Assembly (NCBI GenBank): GCA_032250835.1
Contig: JAVVEA010000001.1
Location: forward strand, 352,001 to 416,000
Length of the DNA stretch: 64,000 nucleotides
DNA from: a bacterium
Lineage (GTDB): Bacteria > SAR324 > XYD2-FULL-50-16
Reading direction: 5' to 3'
How positions within the stretch are numbered: the first letter of the stretch is position 1; each line of letters begins with the position of its first letter. Made by a program: the position numbers and the translations under genes. Below the pieces are notes generated by a model. That model did not search any database. It saw only the letters and a list, made by a program, of their open reading frames with translations, and was not told the origin of the DNA. Below are positions 1 through 9,833 of this stretch, piece after piece.

Positions 1-1
1 G

Positions 2-526
2 GAGGCGGTCTTCGTCGCGCCGATCCAACACTTCATCTTCGGCGGCCCGCAGGGACACTAACCGCCGATCTGAACGCAAACTAAACCTTAGGTAACCCTG
101 AGCCGACAAGAAATGGGGGTCTTCGAGCAGTCCCAAATAGGTGCTGCTCTCGGGCCCCACGATCCCCCCACCGAGCAGCAAGACCCCATGCCCCAAGAAG
201 TTGCGTTCCGCCACAAAACCGCCCATTCTAGTTCCCTGGCCTTCGGTGGCGACCACCACCGGGATAGGCAGCAGGCTCCAACGATCCCGCACCTCAACCC
301 GCCACCCCGAAGCTTGGGGGCGAACCTGGACGGTGGTAAAGAGTTGGGTATTTTTAAGGCAAGCCGCCAAGGCACGGGGGCTTTGGGGCCCCAGGTCGGC
401 CAGGCATTCTTCGAATACCTGGGCCACATGGGCTGGGTCGCTGTAGGTCGTGCCCAGGACCTCCACCGCAGCCCAGACCGGATGAGCCATCAAGAGGGCC
501 CACAAAAAGAGGATTGTATTTTTCAT
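2..526 (-). CDS. Omp85/BamA-TamA family outer-membrane protein, 5' part only (runs off left edge)
   Basis: Hand translation of the minus strand from ATG at 526: signal peptide MKNTILFLWALLMAHPVWA, then ...VEVRDRWSLLPIP...VAERNFLGHG, resembling the POTRA-to-barrel junction of Omp85 proteins. No stop before position 1. Absent from the ORF track. Confidence 0.7.
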   Translation of the reverse strand, partial: MKNTILFLWALLMAHPVWAAVEVLGTTYSDPAHVAQVFEECLADLGPQSPRALAACLKNTQLFTTVQVRPQASGWRVEVRDRWSLLPIPVVVATEGQGTRMGGFVAERNFLGHGVLLLGGGIVGPESSTYLGLLEDPHFLSAQGYLRFSLRSDRRLVSLRAAEDEVLDRRDEDRL

Positions 527-589
527 AGGAACCGGGAACGCTGGCAACAAGCCCCCTAAAGATATGCCCTTTCCACCAGTCTGTTAAGC

Positions 590-2755
590 ATGGATCTCTT
601 CGATTTCGCCGCCGAGGAACGCGAACGCCGCCAAGCCCCCTTGGCCGCAAGGATGCGCCCGGCCAACCTAGAGCAATTTATCGGCCAGGAGCATATCTTA
701 GGTCCCGGTCGGTTGCTGCGCCGGGCGATCTTGGCCGACCAGTTGACCAGCCTGATCTTTTATGGCCCACCGGGCACGGGCAAGACCACCTTGGCCCGGA
801 TCATCGCCGGGCACACCCAGTCGCAATTTATCGCCATCAACGCCGTCTTGGCGGGCATCAAAGACATCCGCGAAGCCATCGCCAGCGCCGAGACGCTTTC
901 GAAAGAGCAGGGTCGGCGTAGCATCTTGTTCATTGACGAGGTCCACCGCTTCAATAAAGCCCAGCAAGACGCCCTCTTGCCCCATGTCGAGCGCGGGTTG
1001 CTGGTCCTGGTGGGCGCGACCACCGAAAATCCCTACTTCGAGGTCAACAAAGCGCTGGTTAGCCGCTCTAGGATCTTTGAGCTCAAGAGCCTTGAAGACC
1101 AGCACCTAGTGGCCATCCTCAAACAAGCCCTGGCCGATGAGGAACGTGGCTTTGGGGGCCGCCCGGTAGAGGTCCTTCCCGAGGCGTTACTCCATCTGGC
1201 CCAGGTAGCCTCAGGCGACGCCCGCGCCGCGCTCAACGCGCTGGAATTGGCGGTGGTTTCGACGGAGCCTGACGCCCAAGGAGTCACCCACGTAGATTTA
1301 AGCATAGCCGAAGAGTCAATCCAGCGCAAAGCAGTGCTTTACGATAAAGACGGCGACGCCCATTTTGATGTGGCCTCGGCGTTCATTAAGTCACTGCGCG
1401 GCTCGGACCCCGACGCAGCGCTCTACTGGATGGCCAAAATGCTCTACGCCGGAGAAGACCCGCGCTTTTTGTTTCGGCGGATGATCATTTTCGCCAGTGA
1501 AGATGTGGGGATGGCGGACCCCAAGGCCTTAGAACAGGTGATTTCGGCGGCTCGATCTTATGACTACGTGGGCCTGCCCGAAGGCCGTTTCCCTCTGGCT
1601 CAAGCCTGTATCTATCTGGCCACCGCCCCCAAAAGCAACAGCGCCTTCGCTTTTTTCGACGCCCTCAAATCGGTAGAAAAGGAGCGGGCCGGTGAGGTCC
1701 CCAACCACTTAAAAGACGCCAGCCGGGACGCAGACGATTTGGGCCACGGTAAGGGATACCTCTACCCTCATGCCTTCCGCGACCATTGGGTGGCCCAGCA
1801 ATATCTCCCCAGCGGATTGCAGGGGCGGCTTTTTTACCAGCCCAGCGAGATCGGCTATGAAGCCCAGATCAAAGATCAGGTGGAGGCGCGCCGCGAAACC
1901 CAACTAGCCGCCATGTTAGCAGCAGGCAAAGCAGGGACCCAGGCCTGGGAGGAGCGTAGCCTTGAGGGCGGCGGGGAGCTACTAGCCCAAGTGCGCCACC
2001 ATCTCTTTGAAGGGATCGAGTTGGGGCGCGAGCCCCTAACACTCTGCTTAAATGAATCCAGCGGGATCTTGCTCGGTCAATTATGCCGTTTGGCTCCTTT
2101 AGGCAGCCACCATGCACAAACCGAAACGGACGAAGGGGCGGCGATTTTAAGGGCCCAATTCCAACGCGGACGCCTAGAGGACCCTCAAATACATTCCGGG
2201 GCCCTGCCTGGGGTGTTGGCGCAACTGGGCCAAGGGGGCTTAAGTTTCGAGTGGATCTTTGCCTTAGAGCCCGACCCGCAAAACTTCGCGGAGCTGGCTC
2301 AGCTCCTGGCACCGAAGGGACAGCTGGTCTTCGCTAGACGGCTACCCCAACAGGGGCAACGCCTTTCGGCTTGGATGTCCGAAGAGTTTAAGCAGAGTGG
2401 GGCCGGTAAAGCGTTTTTGGGCCTAGAGGAAGAGCTTTTTAAGGACCCCAACAACCCAAAGATGGCCTGGGACGAAGCCAAATTGGCGGAGCAGTTAAAC
2501 CAGGTGGGATTGTTGCCCCAAGGGGCCGGAGTGCAACAGCTCGAATATCCGGTGCGGGTCACCGAAGAGCGCTTACAAAGCTGGTTTGAACCGACCAGAC
2601 CTTTTAGCTATGGGGAACGACTAAAAGGCCTGGGGGCTTTGGAGTCCAAGGAAATAACGGGTCACCTTCGCAACATGACCCTCGGCCAAAGGCTCCCATG
2701 GAAGAGCCCTTGGACCTTTTTTCGGGCCCTAAAGCCCGAATCCGATCCAGACTAA
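590..2755 (+). CDS. rarA: Replication-associated recombination protein RarA/MgsA with long C-terminal extension
   Basis: PLAARMRP, Walker [45 protein letters not shown]; about 280 extra C-terminal residues. Confidence 0.95.
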   Translation: MDLFDFAAEERERRQAPLAARMRPANLEQFIGQEHILGPGRLLRRAILADQLTSLIFYGPPGTGKTTLARIIAGHTQSQFIAINAVLAGIKDIREAIASAETLSKEQGRRSILFIDEVHRFNKAQQDALLPHVERGLLVLVGATTENPYFEVNKALVSRSRIFELKSLEDQHLVAILKQALADEERGFGGRPVEVLPEALLHLAQVASGDARAALNALELAVVSTEPDAQGVTHVDLSIAEESIQRKAVLYDKDGDAHFDVASAFIKSLRGSDPDAALYWMAKMLYAGEDPRFLFRRMIIFASEDVGMADPKALEQVISAARSYDYVGLPEGRFPLAQACIYLATAPKSNSAFAFFDALKSVEKERAGEVPNHLKDASRDADDLGHGKGYLYPHAFRDHWVAQQYLPSGLQGRLFYQPSEIGYEAQIKDQVEARRETQLAAMLAAGKAGTQAWEERSLEGGGELLAQVRHHLFEGIELGREPLTLCLNESSGILLGQLCRLAPLGSHHAQTETDEGAAILRAQFQRGRLEDPQIHSGALPGVLAQLGQGGLSFEWIFALEPDPQNFAELAQLLAPKGQLVFARRLPQQGQRLSAWMSEEFKQSGAGKAFLGLEEELFKDPNNPKMAWDEAKLAEQLNQVGLLPQGAGVQQLEYPVRVTEERLQSWFEPTRPFSYGERLKGLGALESKEITGHLRNMTLGQRLPWKSPWTFFRALKPESDPD

Positions 2756-3105
2756 GAAACCTTCAAGGGAAGGCCCGCCTGATACCAGCTCATCACGCCG
2801 CCGGTAACGTTAAAGGCTTGATCAAAGCCTTTATCCTTCAGCATAGCCGCCGCCGTGAAGCTCCGGTTGCCTGAACGGCAAATCACCAAGATTTCTTTGC
2901 CTTTATGCTCTTCTAATTCATGGATTTTTCCGGCCAAGTCTTGCACGGGGATCAGCACGCTACCTTCCACATGGGCTTGCTGGTATTCGGCTGCGGTGCG
3001 CACATCAAGCATGAACACCTCGTTGGGCTTCGTCGAAAAGCGTGAGTGGGCCTCTTCAACCGTCACTTCGTTTACAGAGGAGAAGCCTTTCATGAATCCG
3101 AACAT
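2752..3105 (-). CDS. Rhodanese-like sulfurtransferase domain protein
   Basis: LDVRTAAEY..AHVEGS and active-site loop ICRSGNRS. Confidence 0.9.
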   Translation of the reverse strand: MFGFMKGFSSVNEVTVEEAHSRFSTKPNEVFMLDVRTAAEYQQAHVEGSVLIPVQDLAGKIHELEEHKGKEILVICRSGNRSFTAAAMLKDKGFDQAFNVTGGVMSWYQAGLPLKVS

Positions 3106-3185
3106 ACACCATCCTATATCTAGGTTACCAAACTGCGATGCAACTTGCTATATCGCAATATATGAATATAATTTATTCTTCCTTG

Positions 3186-4307
3186 TCAGTTTTGTCTAGC
3201 CCAAAAATAAGCTGTTAATTCATCGGCCAAGAGCAATCCTTGCGGAGTTAAGGAGAGCCGACCCCCAGCCAATTTGAGCCAGCCTGCCTGTTGGGCCCGT
3301 TCAAAGTCAGGTCCCCATTGCAGGTTAAAGTCCGCTAACAAAACCCCTTCGGGCCGCCTCAAGCCCAACATCCAGGCCTCGGACTGGGCTTCTTCTGCCC
3401 CTAAGACTTCGTCTAAATCCCAGGGAAGCTGCGCTGATTTTAGCCCCTGGCGGTATTCTTTTAGGCGGCGGTGGTTGGCGTAGCGTTGGTCGTCTACCAA
3501 GCCATGAGCCCCCATTCCCAAGCCTAAATAATTTTCCCGATTCCAGTTGGATTGATTTTGGCGTGACTCAAAACCCGCAAGAGCAAAGTTGCTTACCTCA
3601 TATTGCCGCATTCCGGCCTGCCTAATCTGTTCGATAGATTGCAAGTAGGCTGCGGCAATGTCCTTTTCTTGCGCTTGAACCCAGGCCGCCCACTGGGGCT
3701 TAACGGCCAGCTTGCTGCCCGCCTCGATGCTGAGCGCGTACAGTGAAAGGTGGGTGGCCCCGCTGGCCAAGGCTCCTTTTATGTCCGCCCTAAGCTGAGC
3801 CGGGCTTTGGCCTGGATAACCAAAAATAAGGTCTAGGTTAAAGTCCTTCAACCCGGCGGCCTCTAAAGCCTCTAAGGCCCGGTGGTTGTCCTTTGGCCCG
3901 TGCACGCGGCCTAGGGCCTTGAGGCAACCGGCGTCAAAGCTTTGTACCCCCAGGCTCACGCGGTTGACGCCTAGCGCCTTAAGCCCCTTGGCGTAAGCGA
4001 GGTCTACATCTTCGGGGTTGAGCTCCATACTGACTTGCACCGCAGGACCCAAATCCGGCAGCATAGCCAAGAGCGATTCTAACTCAGCTAAGCTTAAGCG
4101 GGATGGGGTCCCGCCGCCCAAATAGACGGACCGAAGGGGTGCAAAATCTAGCGCAAAGCGCTGGCCCAGCAAAGCCCACTCAGCCCGCATCAACTCCAGA
4201 TAAAAGTCTTTTTCCCGACCCCGGTCTTTGAGCACCGCAAAAGCACAAAAAGGACAAATTTCTCGGCAGAAAGGCAGGTGTAGGTAGATCGAATAAATGG
4301 GGCTCAC
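3186..4307 (-). CDS. hemW: Radical SAM heme chaperone HemW (HemN-like)
   Basis: YLHLPFCREICPFC (CxxxCxxC), GGGTPS, RVSLGVQSF, YEVSNFA, YLGLGMGAHG. Confidence 0.88.
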   Translation of the reverse strand: MSPIYSIYLHLPFCREICPFCAFAVLKDRGREKDFYLELMRAEWALLGQRFALDFAPLRSVYLGGGTPSRLSLAELESLLAMLPDLGPAVQVSMELNPEDVDLAYAKGLKALGVNRVSLGVQSFDAGCLKALGRVHGPKDNHRALEALEAAGLKDFNLDLIFGYPGQSPAQLRADIKGALASGATHLSLYALSIEAGSKLAVKPQWAAWVQAQEKDIAAAYLQSIEQIRQAGMRQYEVSNFALAGFESRQNQSNWNRENYLGLGMGAHGLVDDQRYANHRRLKEYRQGLKSAQLPWDLDEVLGAEEAQSEAWMLGLRRPEGVLLADFNLQWGPDFERAQQAGWLKLAGGRLSLTPQGLLLADELTAYFWARQN

Positions 4308-5131
4308 CAGTCTTTCTCGACCGGTTGGCTGCCGCCGCGGTAGAGGCCCATACGCTCGCGGCGGTCCGCTTTGGCGTCGGCTGATTCCTTTTGCAGGCGC
4401 AACAAACGTTTCAGCGCCTCTTTGGCTTTCATTTGTTGGGCCTGCTGGTCGCCGGGGTGGCCTTCTTGATCGGCCTGAGAGGAGGGGGTATTTTGGGCCT
4501 CCTCTGGGGGGGATTTTTGACCGGAACTTGGCTTTTGTTCCTTTTGAGCCGAGTCCTGGGGCGGTTGCTTTGAGTCGCCCGATTGACCCTGGTCCGGTGG
4601 CGTCTGGTGCTCTGAGTCCTGCTTTGGAGAGTCTTGGGGGGGCTGTTTGGGTTGTTGTAACAACCTTAAGGCTGCGGCGACCGCTTGCTGCACTTCAGAT
4701 TGTTGGCGCGCCGCCGGTTCGGGTTGTTGGGACTTTAAAGATTGCCCGACCCTTGCTTGGGCGGCCAACGAAGCCTCCAAGAGGGCTAACACCTCTGGCC
4801 CCTTAGGGTTTTGCTGTAGGCTGGGGTCTTGTTGGCCTAGCTTTAGGGTCGAATCTAAGGCCTCATACAGCCGGTTCGACTGCCCCAGGGGGTTTTGGCT
4901 GGCCAACGGTTTGGGAGCCGCTAGGATCGCTTCTAGACGCTGGGCCAAAGGGGCTAAACGGTGTTCGAGCCGCGCCAGCGCTGGGTCGTTTGGGGGTCTG
5001 TTGGAAGACAAAAAGCCCTGACGCAGCGGTTCCAACTCGGGCTCTAGGCCACCTGCGGCCCAAAGGCCAGCTGGTTGGGCCAACCAGCCTGAGGTCCAAA
5101 GCAAAACAATAAGGGGCCGCATTAACTTCAT
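4304..5131 (-). CDS. Exported protein with Q/S/P-rich linker and BatC-like PVEKDW tail
   Basis: N-terminal signal peptide, low-complexity Gln-rich region, C-terminal ALKRLLRLQ...PVEKDW; stop overlaps the hemW start. Confidence 0.6.
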   Translation of the reverse strand: MKLMRPLIVLLWTSGWLAQPAGLWAAGGLEPELEPLRQGFLSSNRPPNDPALARLEHRLAPLAQRLEAILAAPKPLASQNPLGQSNRLYEALDSTLKLGQQDPSLQQNPKGPEVLALLEASLAAQARVGQSLKSQQPEPAARQQSEVQQAVAAALRLLQQPKQPPQDSPKQDSEHQTPPDQGQSGDSKQPPQDSAQKEQKPSSGQKSPPEEAQNTPSSQADQEGHPGDQQAQQMKAKEALKRLLRLQKESADAKADRRERMGLYRGGSQPVEKDW

Positions 5132-5269
5132 AGCGCTATTTTTCCGTATCCCATCACTTTTGGCAAGCCGCGTCGAATGTGGCCTAGTACCCTAAAAAAC
5201 AGTTGCCCCTACAAGAGTTCTGTGAAAGCATCCACATAAACCATTTTTCGACCTAGGCGCTGAACCAAG

Positions 5270-6052
5270 ATGAAACAAAACGCGGCGAAACTTCAAGAAG
5301 CGTTAGATCTCCTATTGGTAAGCCTTCCCCAGGACAAAAGCGCCGCTTTGATGCCCGGCCTGCTCGCCCAGATGGGCCAAGTGTTGGCTCAGGCGAGCTC
5401 GATGGACCCCGAAAGTCTTTCTGAACTAGTCGGCCGGTGGGAAACTACCGCTGAGGACCCGCTTTTTAACGAATTAGGTCAGTTGTTGCGCCGCTTCCAC
5501 GACAACCTAACCCACCTACCCGATGCACTTCCGGCGGGGTTGGGGCAGGTGAGCGCCGATGAGGTCGGCTCGATGAGCGGCAAGTTGCGCCATGTCTTAG
5601 AATTGACCGAAGGTGCCGCCAACCGTACGCTAGACCTTTCCGAAGAGGCCTTAGAGGCACTGCGCGAAGAAGCCACTGAGCTAAAGCAGCTGAAAGTTGG
5701 GCTCAACGACTTAGCCCAGGAAAAATGCCTGACCCAGCGCGCTGCGGGCAAAATTGAGGCCGCCATGGCTCAAGTTGAGCAGGCCCTAAACAACAACCAG
5801 AGCCACAGCGAACGGATCGGCAACATTCTGGTTACTCAAGATTATCAGGACCTCAGCGGTCAGTTGATCCAGAAGATGCTGGACCTCATGGCAAGACTGG
5901 AAGCAGACCTAGGCTCACTGCTGGGCCGTTATGGACAAAAATTACATCCAAAAGCCGAGGGAGTTCCCCTTGAAGGCCCTTTGAAGGATGACCACCAAGA
6001 CCGCCACGACCAAACGGATGTGGATGCTTTGCTTGACCAGTTCGGATTTTAG
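5270..6052 (+). CDS. cheZ: Chemotaxis phosphatase CheZ
   Basis: TEGAANRTLD, catalytic QDYQDLSGQ (DxxxQ), C-terminal CheY-binding peptide DQTDVDALLDQFGF. Confidence 0.88.
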   Translation: MKQNAAKLQEALDLLLVSLPQDKSAALMPGLLAQMGQVLAQASSMDPESLSELVGRWETTAEDPLFNELGQLLRRFHDNLTHLPDALPAGLGQVSADEVGSMSGKLRHVLELTEGAANRTLDLSEEALEALREEATELKQLKVGLNDLAQEKCLTQRAAGKIEAAMAQVEQALNNNQSHSERIGNILVTQDYQDLSGQLIQKMLDLMARLEADLGSLLGRYGQKLHPKAEGVPLEGPLKDDHQDRHDQTDVDALLDQFGF

Positions 6053-6056
6053 AAAT

Positions 6057-6947
6057 ATGCCCTACCGACTGTTTCTCATTGCTTTGTTGTTGGCCCCCCA
6101 GCCCGCCTGGGCCGCCAAGGAACCCCAGTTCAACACAAGGGTCAGCACGCCTTGGAACGACCCCAGCCAAATCCGCGTGGAACCGGCGCGCCCGGCTGAA
6201 AAGATGGCTTCCCCCACAGAGCCCACCGCTCCGGCAAATCCAAAGCCCCCAGCCCAGCCGAGTAAAAAAGCTCCTGCGGCGCCTCTCAAGGCCCCTAAAG
6301 TTAAGGCCTTAAGTTCTAAGTCAGCCCCCTTAAACCCTTATTGGGTACAAGCCGGGGCTTTTATCCAAGACGCCAACGCCTACCGCTTGCAGGCCCAACT
6401 AAAAGACGAAGGCTACCCTGCTAGAGTCCATGTCACCCAAGATTTAGACCGTCGGGTCTACCACTTAGTGCTGATCGGTGACTTTGAAGACAAAGACAAA
6501 GCCCAGGAAGTGGCCAAAGCATACACCAAAAAACGCCAGGAAAAATCCGTAGTTATCCATAAAGGTGCCATCATCCGGGTTTTCAACCCCGACGCCAAGT
6601 TAGTGACCCACGAGAAAATCCCTCGGGTTTATGCAGATCCAGGTGAACACTCACCCACCTTATTGGAAATCCCCGAAAATATTTATCAACCTGTAGAAAA
6701 CCCGGAAGCTAAGTTTATTTTCCAGGTAGGCGGGCTCTATAAATTAGAGGCGGCCAATAAACTGGCCAAGGAATTAAAAAAGCGCGGATACCGCCCCTTG
6801 GTAAACAAGAAAAAAGATATCAACCAGTTAGACTGGTGGTACGCGGTGGAAATCGGTTTCTTTTACACAAAGGCGGAGGCTGAAATGGCCGCTTCGGCCT
6901 TCTTTGAAAAGGAACATTTACAGGCCGAAGTGCCTCCGATCCGCTAA
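6057..6947 (+). CDS. Exported protein with two SPOR peptidoglycan-binding domains
   Basis: Start moved to ATG 6057 (signal peptide MPYRLFLIALLLAPQPAWA); P/A/K linker; YWVQAGAF...A..L..L and FIFQVGGL SPOR-type starts. Confidence 0.82.
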   Translation: MPYRLFLIALLLAPQPAWAAKEPQFNTRVSTPWNDPSQIRVEPARPAEKMASPTEPTAPANPKPPAQPSKKAPAAPLKAPKVKALSSKSAPLNPYWVQAGAFIQDANAYRLQAQLKDEGYPARVHVTQDLDRRVYHLVLIGDFEDKDKAQEVAKAYTKKRQEKSVVIHKGAIIRVFNPDAKLVTHEKIPRVYADPGEHSPTLLEIPENIYQPVENPEAKFIFQVGGLYKLEAANKLAKELKKRGYRPLVNKKKDINQLDWWYAVEIGFFYTKAEAEMAASAFFEKEHLQAEVPPIR

Positions 6948-7007
6948 AGTCTTTTATATTTTTTCCATAAATTCATAGATTATTGGGTGCTCAAGACCCG
7001 ATTCAGG

Positions 7008-7035
7008 TTGACAAGCGCCCTGCTTCAACGATAAT
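7008..7035 (+). promoter_or_regulatory. Putative sigma70 promoter of ftsA
   Basis: TTGACA-16 bp-GATAAT about 90 bp upstream of the ftsA start. Confidence 0.55.
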
Positions 7036-7127
7036 CCGAAAGAGAAAACCTTCAGCTCGGGGGGCGGCGGTTTTGCCGGTTTTCTAAGAAATGAAGGAAT
7101 GCTCAGATCCCAGGGAAACACAATAAA

Positions 7128-8381
7128 ATGCGGCAGGCGAAGTACCAGGAAGGTCGAGTAGTTGTAGGGCTGGACATCGGCACCACAAAAATTTGTGTCG
7201 TCGCTGCGGAAATCACCGACAAAGGCAAGATCCGCATCATCGGCTTTGGCCAATCCCCCTCGGAAGGACTCAACCGAGGCGTGGTGACCAATATTTCTGC
7301 GGCGGCTAGCTCGATCCGCAAAGCGGTCGAGGAATGCCAACTCAAAAGCGGGATCGAGATCGAATCGGTCTATGCTGGCATCGCCGGGCACCACATCACC
7401 GGTCTCAACCGGGACGGTGTGGTCGCGGTTCGCGGTGACACCATCACCGAACACGACATCCAGCGCGTCATTGAGACCGCCAGAGCCTGCAACTTCCCAG
7501 ACAAAGAAATCTTACATACCCTCTGCCAAGAGTACATCGTTGACGGCCAAGACGGCGTCAAGCAACCGGTGGGTATGGCAGGCAAGCGCCTTGAAGCCAA
7601 GGTCCATTTGATCTTAGGCTCGGTCACCTCGGCAGCCAACATCGTCCAATGTTGCCACAACGCCGACCTGCACGTGAACAACGTAGTGCTGGAGCCTTTG
7701 GCCAGTAGTTTGGCGGTGCTCGAAGAGGAAGAAAAAGAATTAGGCGTGGCGCTGCTGGACATTGGCGGCGGCACCAGCGACATGGTGATCTACAAAAACG
7801 GTTCTATCGTACACACCAGCGTCTTGCCGCTCGGTGGACACCAAGTCACCAACGACATCGCCATCGGCCTACGCACCACCAAAGACGAGGCGCTGCGCGT
7901 CAAACACGAGGTGGGTATCGCTTTGGTCAGCATGGTCAAAGACAAAGAGACGGTGGTCCTCAAGGGCATTGCCGGACGCGAAGACCGGATCTTAGAGCGC
8001 CGTTTGTTGGCCGAAGTGGTCCAGGCGCGCTACGAAGAAATTTACGACCTGATTTTAGACGACATGCGGCGCTCGGGCTATCTGCCCTCGATTGCGGCCG
8101 GCGTTGTCTTGACCGGTGGTTCTAGCCTGATGAAGGGCGCGGCCAAACTAGCTGAGCAGATGATGCAAATGCCGGTGCGTATTGGTACCCCAACCCACAT
8201 CGAAGGCTTAGACGAGTTGGTAGATTCACCTATTTACGCCACTGCTGTGGGTCTGGTAAAGTACGGTGCAGAAAACGACCTCGACACCACCTTCACCCGC
8301 AATACCAACCCAGAGAATATCTTTTCTGAGGTGGTGACGAACATGAAAAGCAACATAAAAGGCTTCTTCGATTTGTTTTAA
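7128..8381 (+). CDS. ftsA: Cell division protein FtsA
   Basis: VGLDIGTTKI, LLDIGGGTSD, LGGHQVTNDIA, GVVLTGG; directly upstream of ftsZ. Confidence 0.97.
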   Translation: MRQAKYQEGRVVVGLDIGTTKICVVAAEITDKGKIRIIGFGQSPSEGLNRGVVTNISAAASSIRKAVEECQLKSGIEIESVYAGIAGHHITGLNRDGVVAVRGDTITEHDIQRVIETARACNFPDKEILHTLCQEYIVDGQDGVKQPVGMAGKRLEAKVHLILGSVTSAANIVQCCHNADLHVNNVVLEPLASSLAVLEEEEKELGVALLDIGGGTSDMVIYKNGSIVHTSVLPLGGHQVTNDIAIGLRTTKDEALRVKHEVGIALVSMVKDKETVVLKGIAGREDRILERRLLAEVVQARYEEIYDLILDDMRRSGYLPSIAAGVVLTGGSSLMKGAAKLAEQMMQMPVRIGTPTHIEGLDELVDSPIYATAVGLVKYGAENDLDTTFTRNTNPENIFSEVVTNMKSNIKGFFDLF

Positions 8382-8403
8382 TAATCCTTTTAGGGATTTG
8401 TCC

Positions 8404-8431
8404 TTGCATTTCGGCCTAGGGCGTTTATACT
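8404..8431 (+). promoter_or_regulatory. Putative sigma70 promoter of ftsZ
   Basis: TTGCAT-16 bp-TATACT in the ftsA-ftsZ gap. Confidence 0.45.
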
Positions 8432-8488
8432 CTGGGCAATCGGTTTATTAGTATTTCAGGGCGGCACTTTTCGCAACTAAGGGTCAAC

Positions 8489-9763
8489 ATGGTCATCGAA
8501 TTCGATAATTTTGAAGCGGAATCCACTGATACCGGGCTCCCGGTAATCAAGGTGATTGGTGTCGGCGGCGGTGGCGGCAACGTAGTCAACCGCATGGTCC
8601 GCGACGGGATCAAGAAGGTCCAATACGTCTCGGCCAACACCGACGTGATGGTCCTCAACTCCTCTTTAGCCGACATCACCATCCCCTTAGGTTCACAGAT
8701 CACCAAAGGTTTGGGCGCAGGCATGAAGCCCGAGGTTGGCCAGATGGCCGCCGAAGAAGCGACCGAACAGATCCAACGGATCTTAAACGACACCGACATG
8801 GTCTTCATCGCCGCCGGTATGGGTGGCGGTACGGGCACCGGGGCAGCCCCGGTGATCGCTGAATTGGCCAAGGAAAAGAAGATCCTGACCGTTGGTGTGG
8901 TGACTACCCCCTTTAGCTTTGAAGGCTCGCGCCGCGCCAAGCTCGCAGCCAAAGGCATCGAAGAGCTACGCAAGCACGTTGACACCCTGATGGTGATCCC
9001 CAACAACAAACTGTTGGAAATCGCTTCTCAGAAGACCACCATGAACGAAGCCTTCGAGATCGCCGACGATGTGCTCAAACAAGCCATCAGCGGTATCACC
9101 AACTTGGTGAACCTCGAAGGGGTAATCAACCTCGACTTTGCCGACCTCAAGACGGTCATGAGCAACAAAGGCCGGGCCATTATGGGTACCGGTGTGGGCC
9201 ATGGCGAAAACCGCGGCCTAGAAGCGGCCAAAAAGGCCATCAGCAGCCCGCTGCTCTCGGACAAGCCCATCTCCGGGGCGACCGGCGTGATCATCAACAT
9301 CGTTGCCGATGACGCCTTTGGCCTGCTCGACGCCCAAGCTGCGGCAGATTTCATCCAAAGTACCGCCGACCAAGATGCCGATGTGATCTTCGGCTTAGTT
9401 AGTGACCCCACCAAGGAAGACGAAGTGGTGATCACCGTGATCGCTACGGGCTTCGATTCTCCTGAAGACACCGCCCGCCCGGTACACCATACCCCGTTGC
9501 GCGTGGTCGACAGCCTACGCAACAAAAAAGACGAAGACGAATTGAGTGGCGACCAAGAAACTGACGAAGTGGCGGGTGAAGAGCAAATCGCCAAGTCGCC
9601 AGCTCCCGAACGGGAAAAAGAAGTTGAAAAGGAAGTTGCAAAAGCTCCCCTGGAGTCAGTGGAAAACCACCTCTACTATCCCGACGAAAAAGATACCGAC
9701 CAAATGAAGGTGGAGGATTATGAAATCCCCAGCTTTATGCGCAAGCAACGGATCCAACGTTAA
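8489..9763 (+). CDS. ftsZ: Cell division protein FtsZ
   Basis: IKVIGVGGGGGN, GMGGGTGTGAAP tubulin signature, INLDFAD, C-terminal core peptide EIPSFMRK. Confidence 0.99.
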   Translation: MVIEFDNFEAESTDTGLPVIKVIGVGGGGGNVVNRMVRDGIKKVQYVSANTDVMVLNSSLADITIPLGSQITKGLGAGMKPEVGQMAAEEATEQIQRILNDTDMVFIAAGMGGGTGTGAAPVIAELAKEKKILTVGVVTTPFSFEGSRRAKLAAKGIEELRKHVDTLMVIPNNKLLEIASQKTTMNEAFEIADDVLKQAISGITNLVNLEGVINLDFADLKTVMSNKGRAIMGTGVGHGENRGLEAAKKAISSPLLSDKPISGATGVIINIVADDAFGLLDAQAAADFIQSTADQDADVIFGLVSDPTKEDEVVITVIATGFDSPEDTARPVHHTPLRVVDSLRNKKDEDELSGDQETDEVAGEEQIAKSPAPEREKEVEKEVAKAPLESVENHLYYPDEKDTDQMKVEDYEIPSFMRKQRIQR

Positions 9764-9815
9764 GGGTCGAGCTACCCTTAATGATCCAATTGACCGGCCC
9801 CGCTCCTGCGGGGCC
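9760..9815 (+). terminator. Two hairpins after ftsZ (possible terminator or mRNA stabiliser)
   Basis: TTAAGGGT-6-ACCCTTAA (9760-9781) and GGCCCCGC-TCCT-GCGGGGCC (9796-9815); no strong U-tract. Confidence 0.4.
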
Positions 9816-9833
9816 TTCCCCCGATACCGCCAC

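Noticed and set aside
113-559. Track ORFs 113..559 (+), 141..446 (+) and 88..429 (-)
   Set aside because: Shadows of the open minus-strand frame 2..526, which has a signal peptide and Omp85-like motifs.
4870-4890. tRNA T-loop-like GGTTCGA motifs (also near 57623)
   Set aside because: They lie inside coding regions and have no cloverleaf context.
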